NCBI GenBank assembly: GCA_038746055.1 | Contig: JBCDKX010000001.1 | Span: forward strand, 1,215 to 65,214 | Reading direction: 5' to 3' | Length of the DNA: 64,000 nt | Source: Pseudomonadota bacterium | GTDB taxonomy: Bacteria > Pseudomonadota > Alphaproteobacteria > Sphingomonadales > Sphingomonadaceae | Shown: positions 48,900-57,446 of the stretch, in pieces | Layout: each line of letters opens with the position of its first letter | Numbering within the stretch: the stretch's first letter is position 1 | The notes under the pieces: generated by a model | Databases searched by the model: none | What the model was told of the DNA's origin: nothing | Seen by the model: the letters and a program-made list of their open reading frames with translations, nothing else | Program-made: the position numbers and the translations under genes

Positions 48900-51236
48900 T
48901 TATTGCGCCGCGTCAGCGGAGGTTTCCACTGCCACATTGAGATGATTGACGACTTCCTCCCATGCAGCTTGCACTTCAGCGGGAACATCGTCGCGCGCAA
49001 CCTGGAAGATATCGCCCAGTACGCTTTCGGCAGTCTTCCTGTCTGCCTGTGTCTGAATAAGATGCTTGAGGCCGCTAAGGCCTTGATCGGGCGCGAAATC
49101 GACGATTAATCTTTGCCGCGCGAGGAGTTCATTGCGGTCAGCCTCTGACATATTTTTGAATGGTGCAACTTTATGAAAGACATCAACAATTCGTTCAATC
49201 TGGACCAGCTGAACGCTGCCTTTTTGGCGTGAATATGCAAGCCCAAGACGCATGATTGCTGCCGCAACCCCGCCCTCATTCACCGTTGCAAGGGCGCTGC
49301 GTACCTCGGGCATATCCTCCCATTCGGAAAGTCGCCGATGATGCCGAAGCTTCTGGTTTGGTGCACCATAGGCCATTGCCCATGGCGTTGCCCAAAGAGA
49401 GAAGAACGTGCTTTCTGAAGCCGCCTCTTTCATGTCTCGCGCGATATCCATATAGGCGGTAACGGTGTTTGCCCAATACCGCTCTGCCTTTAAAAAAGGA
49501 TTGTCTTCGCTGGGTACATCGCGCTCTTCTGGCATGCTTCGCGCAAACGCCTGCGCCATCATGCCGAGCGGTGTATGACTCGCAAAAGCACGTTTGCGAA
49601 GGCGCAGCGGATGGGCATCACGCAGCGCCTTCGCCGTCGGCTGTGGAACAGCCGCTTTTACAAACGGTTGAACAAAAGTCTCGTAAAACTCTGCGCCGGC
49701 TTCAGAGGCCCGTGCAACGCCGCCAAAAGCTGCTTCGTCGCTGCGATCACCGGTGACTTCAGCAAGCTGTTCGAAGGTTCTTCTGGCAATGCTTACTTCA
49801 AATGCATAGCCTTCCGGCCCATCGCCATGTTGGGTCTCGTTTTCAATACAGATCTCATAAAGACCCGGCGGAACCGCTTCGATGGTATCGAGCACAGAGA
49901 CCATCCCTTTATGCTGCTTTTTCGCAACGGCGGACGATACAAAGATGCCCAAATGGCCAACCTTGTCGTGCAGCATATAAAATATACGCTGTTTCTTGGC
50001 CTCGATTTCTTGTTCGCTTGCATAGGTATCGAAGATCCAATTGAGGGCTTGGGCAGGCGGTGTGATGTTATCTCCATCCGATGCAAAGCAGATGATTGGA
50101 TTGTTGATCTGTTTGAGATCAATGGGCACGCCGGGATAAAGCTGCGCCTGATTACGGCCGAGATAATTCCCGACAAAAAGTTGTTCAACAATCCAGCGGA
50201 TCTCCTCATCGCTCAGCAGATAATACGCACCCCACCAGCGTTCGAAATCGATGAAACGCTTCGCAGTTTCCGGCTTATCCACATCCCGATACAAGTCATA
50301 ATATTTGCCAAACCAATTTCGGCTCGGATTGAGCTGCTCGAAATTAAGCACCAGGTTGGCACCATCATATATGCCGCCGCCCAAATCCGATGTCATCATG
50401 GTCAGCGCAAGACCGCCCAATACCCCGGCAGTATAGCGCATTGGGTATCGGCCCACATTGCCTGCCCAATAGGATAGCGGCGCACCATTTAGCACGATTG
50501 GACCGCTCACCTCGGGATGCGTCGCTGCCATAACCGCAGTCGCCCAGCCACCTTGGCAATTGCCTATAACGATTGGCTTTTTGCTCTTTGGATGACGCCG
50601 GGCGACCTCGGTGACGAATGCTGCTTCTGCATCACAAACGTCTGCGAGCGTTTGCCCTGGCTCCGGTTCGGCGCGAAAAGCCACAAAATAAACCGGATGT
50701 TGCTTTGCAAGGGCAACGCCAATCTGGCTGTCCTGTTTGAAACCGCCAATCCCCGCACCATGGCCGGCGCGCGGGTCTATAATCACATATGGCCGTTTTT
50801 TTGCATCAACTTTGGTGCCATCTGGCGGGCTAATTTTCAGCAGTATATAATTGCATGGATTTGGCAGGTCTGCACCGTCCATAATGACGCTATAGTCATA
50901 GTCCAGCAATGGCGGACTACCGTCCGCCGCATGTTCGGCATGCGCATCCGAGCTCTGGCGCAAAACATCCAGGGCTTTGGCGCTCCTGACCATTGCATCA
51001 CGCACATATTCAGTCCATGCATCTGCGATACCGAGCGGCGTGTTAACCGCCCATGTCGATGACTCCATTTCGGATGTTTGTTCTTTGAACTGGGCAATAG
51101 TGCTTTCCACCATCCCAGCTATGTGGTTCCTTTGCTTTTCAGCGATCTGATGCAGAAAACCGCTTTGTTGTGCTGCTGTTTTGGCTAATCCTTGAACCTT
51201 ATTGATGCCTTCCTCTTGCATGTCATCAATCTCCAT
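48900..51236 (-). CDS. DUF3141 protein (alpha/beta-hydrolase, PHA synthase/depolymerase-like)
   Basis: 778 aa; DPRAGHGAGIGGFK, nucleophile elbow GNCQGGW, GAPLSYWAG, FERWW, SDGDNITPP, VGHLGIFVS. Confidence 0.88.
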   Translation of the reverse strand: MEIDDMQEEGINKVQGLAKTAAQQSGFLHQIAEKQRNHIAGMVESTIAQFKEQTSEMESSTWAVNTPLGIADAWTEYVRDAMVRSAKALDVLRQSSDAHAEHAADGSPPLLDYDYSVIMDGADLPNPCNYILLKISPPDGTKVDAKKRPYVIIDPRAGHGAGIGGFKQDSQIGVALAKQHPVYFVAFRAEPEPGQTLADVCDAEAAFVTEVARRHPKSKKPIVIGNCQGGWATAVMAATHPEVSGPIVLNGAPLSYWAGNVGRYPMRYTAGVLGGLALTMMTSDLGGGIYDGANLVLNFEQLNPSRNWFGKYYDLYRDVDKPETAKRFIDFERWWGAYYLLSDEEIRWIVEQLFVGNYLGRNQAQLYPGVPIDLKQINNPIICFASDGDNITPPAQALNWIFDTYASEQEIEAKKQRIFYMLHDKVGHLGIFVSSAVAKKQHKGMVSVLDTIEAVPPGLYEICIENETQHGDGPEGYAFEVSIARRTFEQLAEVTGDRSDEAAFGGVARASEAGAEFYETFVQPFVKAAVPQPTAKALRDAHPLRLRKRAFASHTPLGMMAQAFARSMPEERDVPSEDNPFLKAERYWANTVTAYMDIARDMKEAASESTFFSLWATPWAMAYGAPNQKLRHHRRLSEWEDMPEVRSALATVNEGGVAAAIMRLGLAYSRQKGSVQLVQIERIVDVFHKVAPFKNMSEADRNELLARQRLIVDFAPDQGLSGLKHLIQTQADRKTAESVLGDIFQVARDDVPAEVQAAWEEVVNHLNVAVETSADAAQ

Positions 51237-51263
51237 TTTAGGCCTTCTGGGGACAAAGGCGCA

Positions 51264-52037
51264 CTAACTCATCATATTGTATCCACCGTCGATATGGTGC
51301 ACGCAGCCGGTGACGTTGCGTGCCGCATCACTGGCCAGAAAGGTGGCATAGGCGCCGACATCTTCGATGGTGGCCAGTGTCCTTGTCGGTGCCGTAGCCG
51401 CAGCGCGGGCGAGCATATCGTCAAAATGGGCGATGCCGCTGGCCGCGCGTGTGGCAAGCGGTCCAGGCGAGAGCGCATGAACCGAAATTCCAGCTTCACC
51501 AAGTTCGGCAGCGGCATAGCGGGTAACCGATTCAAGGGCAGCTTTTACCGGCCCCATCACATTGTAATCTTCGACCACGCGTTCAGAGCCATAGAAGGTC
51601 ACCGTCATCGCTGTAGATCCTGGACTCATCAGCGGCTCGGCAAGACGAAGCAGCCGGACGAAGGAATGCACTGATACATCCATAGCGCGCGCAAAGCCGG
51701 CTGCTGAGCAATCAATCACCCGACCATGCAGGTCCTGCTTTTCGCAAAATGCGATGGAGTGCAGCAGGATGTCGATTTTGCCCCACTTGTCCTGCAGAAC
51801 GTTAAAGAGGGCTACATCTTCTCCAGGCGTTTCGACATTGAGGGGAAGTACGATCTCAGCGCCAACGCTATCTGCCAAGGGGCGAACATAGTGCTCGGCT
51901 TTGGCATTCAGATATGTCACCGCCAAGTCAGCATGGGCTGCACTGAATGCACGCGCGCAGCCCCATGCTATAGATTGGTCATTCGCCACGCCAACAACCA
52001 ACGCCTTCTTTTTATGCAGTGAACAAGGTATTCCCAT
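51264..52037 (-). CDS. fabI: Enoyl-ACP/CoA reductase FabI-type (probably a second, operon-associated copy)
   Basis: GVANDQSIAWG, LHSIAF, TFYGS, catalytic YNVMGPVKAALE, SPGPLATRAASGI, IDGG. Confidence 0.92.
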   Translation of the reverse strand: MGIPCSLHKKKALVVGVANDQSIAWGCARAFSAAHADLAVTYLNAKAEHYVRPLADSVGAEIVLPLNVETPGEDVALFNVLQDKWGKIDILLHSIAFCEKQDLHGRVIDCSAAGFARAMDVSVHSFVRLLRLAEPLMSPGSTAMTVTFYGSERVVEDYNVMGPVKAALESVTRYAAAELGEAGISVHALSPGPLATRAASGIAHFDDMLARAAATAPTRTLATIEDVGAYATFLASDAARNVTGCVHHIDGGYNMMS

Positions 52038-52644
52038 CCGGACAAGACCCCGCGTGTTTTATAGTGTTTCCAGTTAATAATGCTTCCACTTATCACTAAC
52101 GCTAATGCAAATAGTGGGAGCGAGTAAGGACAATAAGCGACAAATTCAGCGTCAAACCGGATATGCAAAAACAGCCAATAAGAGCCGGTGTGTCCATCTA
52201 TGGCTTTTGCTGGATAGCGGCCCGATGCCAAAGGGCGAAACTTTGATTCGCCGCGTCGTCCAGCGGCGCTAACTCCATGCAAAATAGGCTTAATTTAGTC
52301 GTGAAAAATTCTTGGTTGGCGACGGAGCGCGGGGCGCAATAAAAATCGCGGCCAGATTGATCGGACTCGGCGCGCAAGGATAGTATCAATTTCAGCACCT
52401 ACATCTTGGGCATTTTCGGCTCTTTTGGAGGTCAATCCCGGACACGCCGGGCATACAATAATCGATACCGATTCACCCGACCACGCGCCGTCGGCACTCT
52501 TGCATCAAGCTTGTGATCACTGAATTCAGGCTTTGAACTATAGCATATCACCAAAATTTAATTATGCGGGGACCAAGCAGTGACATTGTAGAGGTTGGAA
52601 TATTGCCCATTTAGGGGTTTATGCGGGTTTTAGCAGGTGCTGGC

Positions 52645-52740
52645 GGTGCTTTCAGTCTAACGCGAACCTGTCTCCGTTTGATGGTGAAAGACCTATGCTA
52701 ACGGCTTTCCAAGCTAGCGGTCTTTACCACTCCTCCCGGC
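52645..52740 (-). mobile_element. IS6-family right-end scar
   Basis: GGTGCTTTCAGTCTAACGCGAACCTGTCTC (52645-52674) matches the ends at 27691 and 35031 in the same orientation. Confidence 0.65.
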
Positions 52741-52839
52741 TGTTCCCATATCTACCAAGCCTTGACGTTTCTGCAAAGAGCCTGCGATGACATATTAGTG
52801 CCGCCGAATACTAATTCCTTATCGGCCCGCGAAGCACTG

Positions 52840-53826
52840 CTAGCCCCATAGCGTGAGTGGTTCGGCCGCTATCGCTGGGCCGTCATAGAGGATGCCGCCT
52901 AGACGATCACCGCTAAGATGGATGGGGCCATCAAGGTCGCAGAAGGCACAGTGCTGAGCCACCACAATTGCGGGTGCCATTGCGAGTGAAGTGCCAAGCA
53001 TGTTACCGACCATACATTCCATGCCTGCCGACTTGGCTTCTGCCAGAAGAGCTAGTGCCTCTGTTAGCCCACCAGTCTTGTCGAGCTTGATATTAATCAT
53101 ATCATATCGTGATCGAGCTGCTGCAAATTCGCTGCGGTCAAGGACGCTTTCGTCAGCGCAAATCGGAATGGATGACACGAAACCTTCGAGTTCTTCGTCT
53201 TCACCGCGCTTCAGGGGCTGCTCAATCATCGCCACTCCCATGCGCTCAAAATGCGGTACGACTTCGCATAGAAGCTCGATGGTGAAGCCCTGATTGGCGT
53301 CAATAACAAGCTCGGCCTCCGGCCGCGCCGCGCGAATGGCTTCGACCCTTTCGACCGGTGCTTCGCCATCAAGCTTGATCTTGAGCGTTGGGAAAGCAGA
53401 AAGCTCAGCCGCGCGCTGAGCCATAAGCTTGGGAGTTTTCAAAATGCCGACTGTGGCAACTGTGGACACTGGACGCGGTGTCACATTAAGTCGTTCCCAT
53501 ATGGTCTTGCCCTGCAGTTTGCACTCAAGGTCCCACAGGGCGCAATCCACCGCGTTGCGCGCCCCGCCGCAACCAAGCGCATCCTGCAGCTCAGCGCGCG
53601 ATAAGCCCCTCTCAATGTCACTGGCAATCGCACGAGCGGCGCTTTCCATGCTTATCTGATCTTCGCCGATGTAAAATACGCCCGCAGCCTCACCTCGCCC
53701 GGTGTGGCCGTTCTCGGTAACATGAACGACTATGACATCAAGGTCTATCCACTCCTTGCCAGTGATGCGGAATGGGACCCTAAGGGGCCAACGTTCGCGC
53801 TTGATCTTCACTTGGCGCTGGGTCAT
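52840..53826 (-). CDS. dgcA: Enolase-superfamily dipeptide epimerase / N-acetyl-D-Glu racemase (DgcA-like)
   Basis: GGARNAVDCALWDL, LKIKL, IDANQG, IEQPL, CADES, NIKLDKTGGLTEA, MVGNM, DLDGP; coupled to the DUF1611 gene by an ATGA overlap. Confidence 0.85.
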   Translation of the reverse strand: MTQRQVKIKRERWPLRVPFRITGKEWIDLDVIVVHVTENGHTGRGEAAGVFYIGEDQISMESAARAIASDIERGLSRAELQDALGCGGARNAVDCALWDLECKLQGKTIWERLNVTPRPVSTVATVGILKTPKLMAQRAAELSAFPTLKIKLDGEAPVERVEAIRAARPEAELVIDANQGFTIELLCEVVPHFERMGVAMIEQPLKRGEDEELEGFVSSIPICADESVLDRSEFAAARSRYDMINIKLDKTGGLTEALALLAEAKSAGMECMVGNMLGTSLAMAPAIVVAQHCAFCDLDGPIHLSGDRLGGILYDGPAIAAEPLTLWG

Positions 53827-54833
53827 GAGAACACAGCCTCGATATAATCGGCGATGGCACCGGGACCATCTTGCAGAGGATCAACGCACGGCAAGCCCGT
53901 CTCATCGGACAGGCGCTGCTTCAGGCTGCCGAATTCCTCGGGCGTCAGTCCGGCCGGGTTCACGCTGATACCAACGCAGCGGATTTCTGCATTGGTGAGC
54001 TGGCCAGCTTCCAGATTGCGTTCGATCGTTTCAGCTACGCTCGGGACGGGATAGTTCTCCAGTCCCAGAATGCTCTTGCGTGCAGCATTGTGACACAGGA
54101 TGATACCATCCGGTTGCGAACCGTGAAGCAATCCAAGTGCAACACCGGCATAGCTGGGGTGGCCAAGCGCGCCCTGCCCCTCAATCACGTCCAAATGATC
54201 AGGGGTGTTGCCGGGTGATACAAGCTCTGCGGCACCGGAAATGAAATCAGAGACGACAGCGTCAATCGGGATGCCCGATCCTGCAATCATGATTCCCGTC
54301 TGGCCCGTGGCGCGAAAGTCACAATTGAGGCCCCTTCGCTTAAGCTCGGCAGACACAGCAAGAGCGGTGTACTTCTTGCCCGCGACACAATCCGTTCCAA
54401 CAGTAAGGATACGGCGGCCGGTTCGCTTCACTCCATTGCCTACGGGCAAGTCGCTTGGCGGAACGCGTACATCCCACAGCTGCGCACCGCTTTTCTGAGC
54501 GGCTTCGACAAGTCGAGGCACGGCGTTGAGCTTTTGGTGCAGGCCAGAGGCGATATCGACGCCTTGAAGTGCTGCTTGGCACAGGTCGTCAATCCAGTCT
54601 TCGGGTAGAACTCCGCCGCGAGGCGCAACACCGATGATGAGCGACCGAGCATGTGCGGAGATGGTTGCGATATCGAGATCAGGCAATCCGAGATCAACCG
54701 CCTTGTTGTGGCTGCGCAACTGGCCGCTGCAGTCTTCGCGTCGCCATTGCGCGATGCCCATGGCAGTCTTGGCGACCCCGGGGTGGTCGACGCTTCCAAC
54801 ATAGAGCGCAAAAGGAGGCGTAAGGTGAGCCAT
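53823..54833 (-). CDS. dgcN: DUF1611 protein / D-glutamate N-acetyltransferase (DgcN-like)
   Basis: From ATG 54833: AKTAMGIAQWR, ASGLH, LTVGTDCVAGKKYTAL, FRATGQTGI, DAVVSDFISGA, EGQG.L.HPSYAGV, LLHGSQPD. Confidence 0.87.
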   Translation of the reverse strand: MAHLTPPFALYVGSVDHPGVAKTAMGIAQWRREDCSGQLRSHNKAVDLGLPDLDIATISAHARSLIIGVAPRGGVLPEDWIDDLCQAALQGVDIASGLHQKLNAVPRLVEAAQKSGAQLWDVRVPPSDLPVGNGVKRTGRRILTVGTDCVAGKKYTALAVSAELKRRGLNCDFRATGQTGIMIAGSGIPIDAVVSDFISGAAELVSPGNTPDHLDVIEGQGALGHPSYAGVALGLLHGSQPDGIILCHNAARKSILGLENYPVPSVAETIERNLEAGQLTNAEIRCVGISVNPAGLTPEEFGSLKQRLSDETGLPCVDPLQDGPGAIADYIEAVFS

Positions 54834-54852
54834 GGCGTTGAGTCCTGTATCT

Positions 54853-56247
54853 TTAGGAGTGCGGGAGGCGTGAAAACAGACGTGTGGCGTGCGAAATATG
54901 TGAGGCATGCTCGTCATCGCCATTCATGAACAGGAATTCGAGCGTGCTGACAGCCTGTTGGGTTTCTGGATGCACGAGCGCGTAACGGCTGCCTTTGAGC
55001 GGCTTGAGAGGAATCTCTTGGCGCACACCTGTCAGATGTCGTGCAGGCCTGTCTTCAATGATGAGCGTGACATCGCCCTCCTTCTCCTCAACTGTGTATA
55101 TGGTCGTGTTCGAATATGAGCCAAGGATCTGGCGGGCTTCAACTGTCATATCGCCTTCGGAAAAATCAGGAGTCGGAAGGTTGATGCGCTGTCCAGTCAC
55201 CTCTTCGATCAGATCAAGCCCCACTTTCGAGAGAAGCGCGGTAGCACCGCCCGAAACATTGGCCATGATAGCGAGCGCCATGTCGTGCTCAGGTGACATA
55301 ACAAGCATGGCATTCTGATCAGAGGTCTCTCCAGCGGTGAGGATAAAACGCGTCGCCCCTGCCTCTAAAGCAACCACCCCCATCATCCGCTCCAGCTTGC
55401 CTGGTGGTACAGTCCCATAGGATGTGCGGATGTCCAGAATACGCTCTGCAGCGATCAAGCGCTCTCCACCGAGCAGAACACCATCCCGGACATGCAGCAT
55501 ACCAAATCGGGCAAGTCCTTCGGCTGTCATCGCCAATCGCGCTCCGGCTGGGGTCAGAGCCTTTGGCAAGGTAAGCTGAGGTGTAGGCACAAAAGCTCCT
55601 TGCTCCGCATCAAAGCGGTGCCCGATGGCCGATCGATACCGAAGCATCGCGCCCGTATTGAAGCCATGGCGCTCTATGCCAACCGGATCGAGAACCTCAT
55701 CGACCAGAGCCTGTTCATAGGTATTGCCTTTCAAGACCTCTACCAGGCGCCCAGCTATGGAAAATGAGGTCGAATTGTAGCCGCGCATGGTGCCCGGCTC
55801 AAATTGAAGGATTAGATCGTTGCAAGCCTCGACATAGTGTTTAAGTGCGTCCTCGCCCTCGCCGAAATCCTCGAAAAAGTCGCCCTCGATGCCGGCTGTG
55901 AAGTCCAGCAAAGTGCGCACGTTCAAGGCATCCGGCGCTCGCGCGCCTGCAATTTTGAGATCGGGCAAGTAGTGGGTAACAGGCTTATCCAAATCGATAT
56001 GCCCTCGCTCCACTAGGCGCTGAATCATCGTAGCGGTGAACAGTTTGGCAATTGAACCTGTCTGAAAGAGCGTGCCCTTCGTCGTTTCAATTCCCTCAGC
56101 TTTGTTGGCAAAGCCGGTTGCCGCACCCCAGGATTTCGCGCCGACCTTTAGACACACAGAAGCACCTACAATCCCGACCTTTTCACACGCTTTTTCAAGA
56201 GCTTCCTGTAGATCTTCTCGTGTCTGCACCCACCCCTCCCGAGTCAT
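54853..56247 (-). CDS. Serine hydrolase, beta-lactamase/D-Ala-D-Ala peptidase fold
   Basis: SxxK in FQTGSIAK, DLDKPV..YLP, GYNSTSF, PAG; no obvious signal peptide. Confidence 0.88.
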   Translation of the reverse strand: MTREGWVQTREDLQEALEKACEKVGIVGASVCLKVGAKSWGAATGFANKAEGIETTKGTLFQTGSIAKLFTATMIQRLVERGHIDLDKPVTHYLPDLKIAGARAPDALNVRTLLDFTAGIEGDFFEDFGEGEDALKHYVEACNDLILQFEPGTMRGYNSTSFSIAGRLVEVLKGNTYEQALVDEVLDPVGIERHGFNTGAMLRYRSAIGHRFDAEQGAFVPTPQLTLPKALTPAGARLAMTAEGLARFGMLHVRDGVLLGGERLIAAERILDIRTSYGTVPPGKLERMMGVVALEAGATRFILTAGETSDQNAMLVMSPEHDMALAIMANVSGGATALLSKVGLDLIEEVTGQRINLPTPDFSEGDMTVEARQILGSYSNTTIYTVEEKEGDVTLIIEDRPARHLTGVRQEIPLKPLKGSRYALVHPETQQAVSTLEFLFMNGDDEHASHISHATRLFSRLPHS

Positions 56248-56281
56248 CAAAAAGCCACAATCGACTTATTCGTCGTCAAAA

Positions 56282-56348
56282 TGCAACAATTCTCTATTGC
56301 AAATTATATTCTTATATGCATTATATATTCAAATAGGGATTTGCAACA
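56282..56348. promoter_or_regulatory. AT-rich divergent promoter of the peptide-utilisation locus with repeated TGCAA-type motifs
   Basis: TTGCAAAT...ATTTGCAA inverted repeat and TGCAACA direct repeat around a TATATTC tandem core, between head-to-head genes. Confidence 0.4.
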
Positions 56349-56367
56349 CGTATTTGGGAGGGGAATA

Positions 56368-57420
56368 ATGGGCCAGACCAGAAGCGTTGCTGGGAAAGAC
56401 ATCATCAATCGCTCTCCGTGTGTCTGGGATCTCACCGTCCCTTGGGTCGAGATGTACTGGTCTATTGATTTACTCAAAAGGTATCGTCAGGCCGGTTACA
56501 CTTTCGCCAGCCTTACTATTCAGGACATGCCTCCCAGCTTTGATGGCGTTCTGCGCGATATCGAGCGGTTTGTGCGTTTGTGTGAACCGCATTCAGACTG
56601 GCTGGCGATTGCACGCAATGGTGTCGACATCGAAGCCGGTCGCGCGGCGGGCAAGCTTGTGATTGGCTTCAATGTGCAGGACACCGAGCTGGTGCACAGC
56701 GATCTGCGGCGGTTGCGAGTTCTCAAATCCATGGGTGTGCGACACATGCTGCTTGCCTATCAATTGAGAAACAACGCGGCAGACGGTTGTGCCGAACCAG
56801 CCGATGCTGGTCTTAGTCTATTCGGCCGTCGGCTTGTGCGCGAAATGAATAACCTCGGTATGGTCGTTGATTGCTCTCACACCGGGCGGCAATCGACACT
56901 CGACGCGATGGAAGTCAGCGCTGCACCGGTGATATTCTCGCACTCAGGCGTGAAGGCGCAATGCGAGCATATCCGAAATATCGATGATGAGCAGATCAAG
57001 GCCTGCGCTGCTACTCATGGATGCATCGGCGTTGTGGGGATTGGCGCGTTTCTTGGCGACCCGACGGCCAGTGCCGAGACGGTGTTTCGACATGTCGATC
57101 ACATCGTGCAGCTTGTGGGGCCAGAATATGCAGGCATTGGTACAGATTATATCGACAATCTCGAACCGATCTGGCCGTCCATGATCGCGAGTAAGGACTC
57201 TATGTGGCGCGATCCGACCGGAACGCAGCTCTATGAAGGTGTTGCGTTCCGCCCTGAGCAGCTCAGCGAGCTCGCTGAACTCATGAGCAAGGCGGGATAT
57301 AGCGAAAGCGCCATATACGGTGTTCTCGGGACAAACTTTGAACGTGTTTACAAAGCAGTAGAGGCCCATGCTTCGGCACTATCGCACGCTGCTGACGGGC
57401 AAGACAAGCAATCGAAATGA
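56368..57420 (+). CDS. Membrane dipeptidase family (M19) protein
   Basis: LAYQLRNNAADGC.E..DAGLSLFGR.LV.EMN.LGMVVDCSH, IFSHS, RNIDDEQI, GIGTD. ATG 56368 follows a GGAGG RBS. Confidence 0.88.
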   Translation: MGQTRSVAGKDIINRSPCVWDLTVPWVEMYWSIDLLKRYRQAGYTFASLTIQDMPPSFDGVLRDIERFVRLCEPHSDWLAIARNGVDIEAGRAAGKLVIGFNVQDTELVHSDLRRLRVLKSMGVRHMLLAYQLRNNAADGCAEPADAGLSLFGRRLVREMNNLGMVVDCSHTGRQSTLDAMEVSAAPVIFSHSGVKAQCEHIRNIDDEQIKACAATHGCIGVVGIGAFLGDPTASAETVFRHVDHIVQLVGPEYAGIGTDYIDNLEPIWPSMIASKDSMWRDPTGTQLYEGVAFRPEQLSELAELMSKAGYSESAIYGVLGTNFERVYKAVEAHASALSHAADGQDKQSK

Positions 57421-57446
57421 TGGAAGTGGCTCTAGGGAGGATTATT

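Noticed and set aside
49575-50477. 300-aa plus-strand ORF, and similar long antisense ORFs (19339-20160, 40104-40937, 2548-3246, 30521-31213)
   Set aside because: They overlap well-supported genes on the opposite strand and show no recognisable motifs; expected in GC-rich DNA.
52038-52640. FNR/FixK box upstream of the fabI-DUF3141-ATPase operon
   Set aside because: Checked the TTGA/TCAA half-sites by eye; none forms TTGAT-N4-ATCAA. Anoxic regulation is therefore not supported by a visible site.
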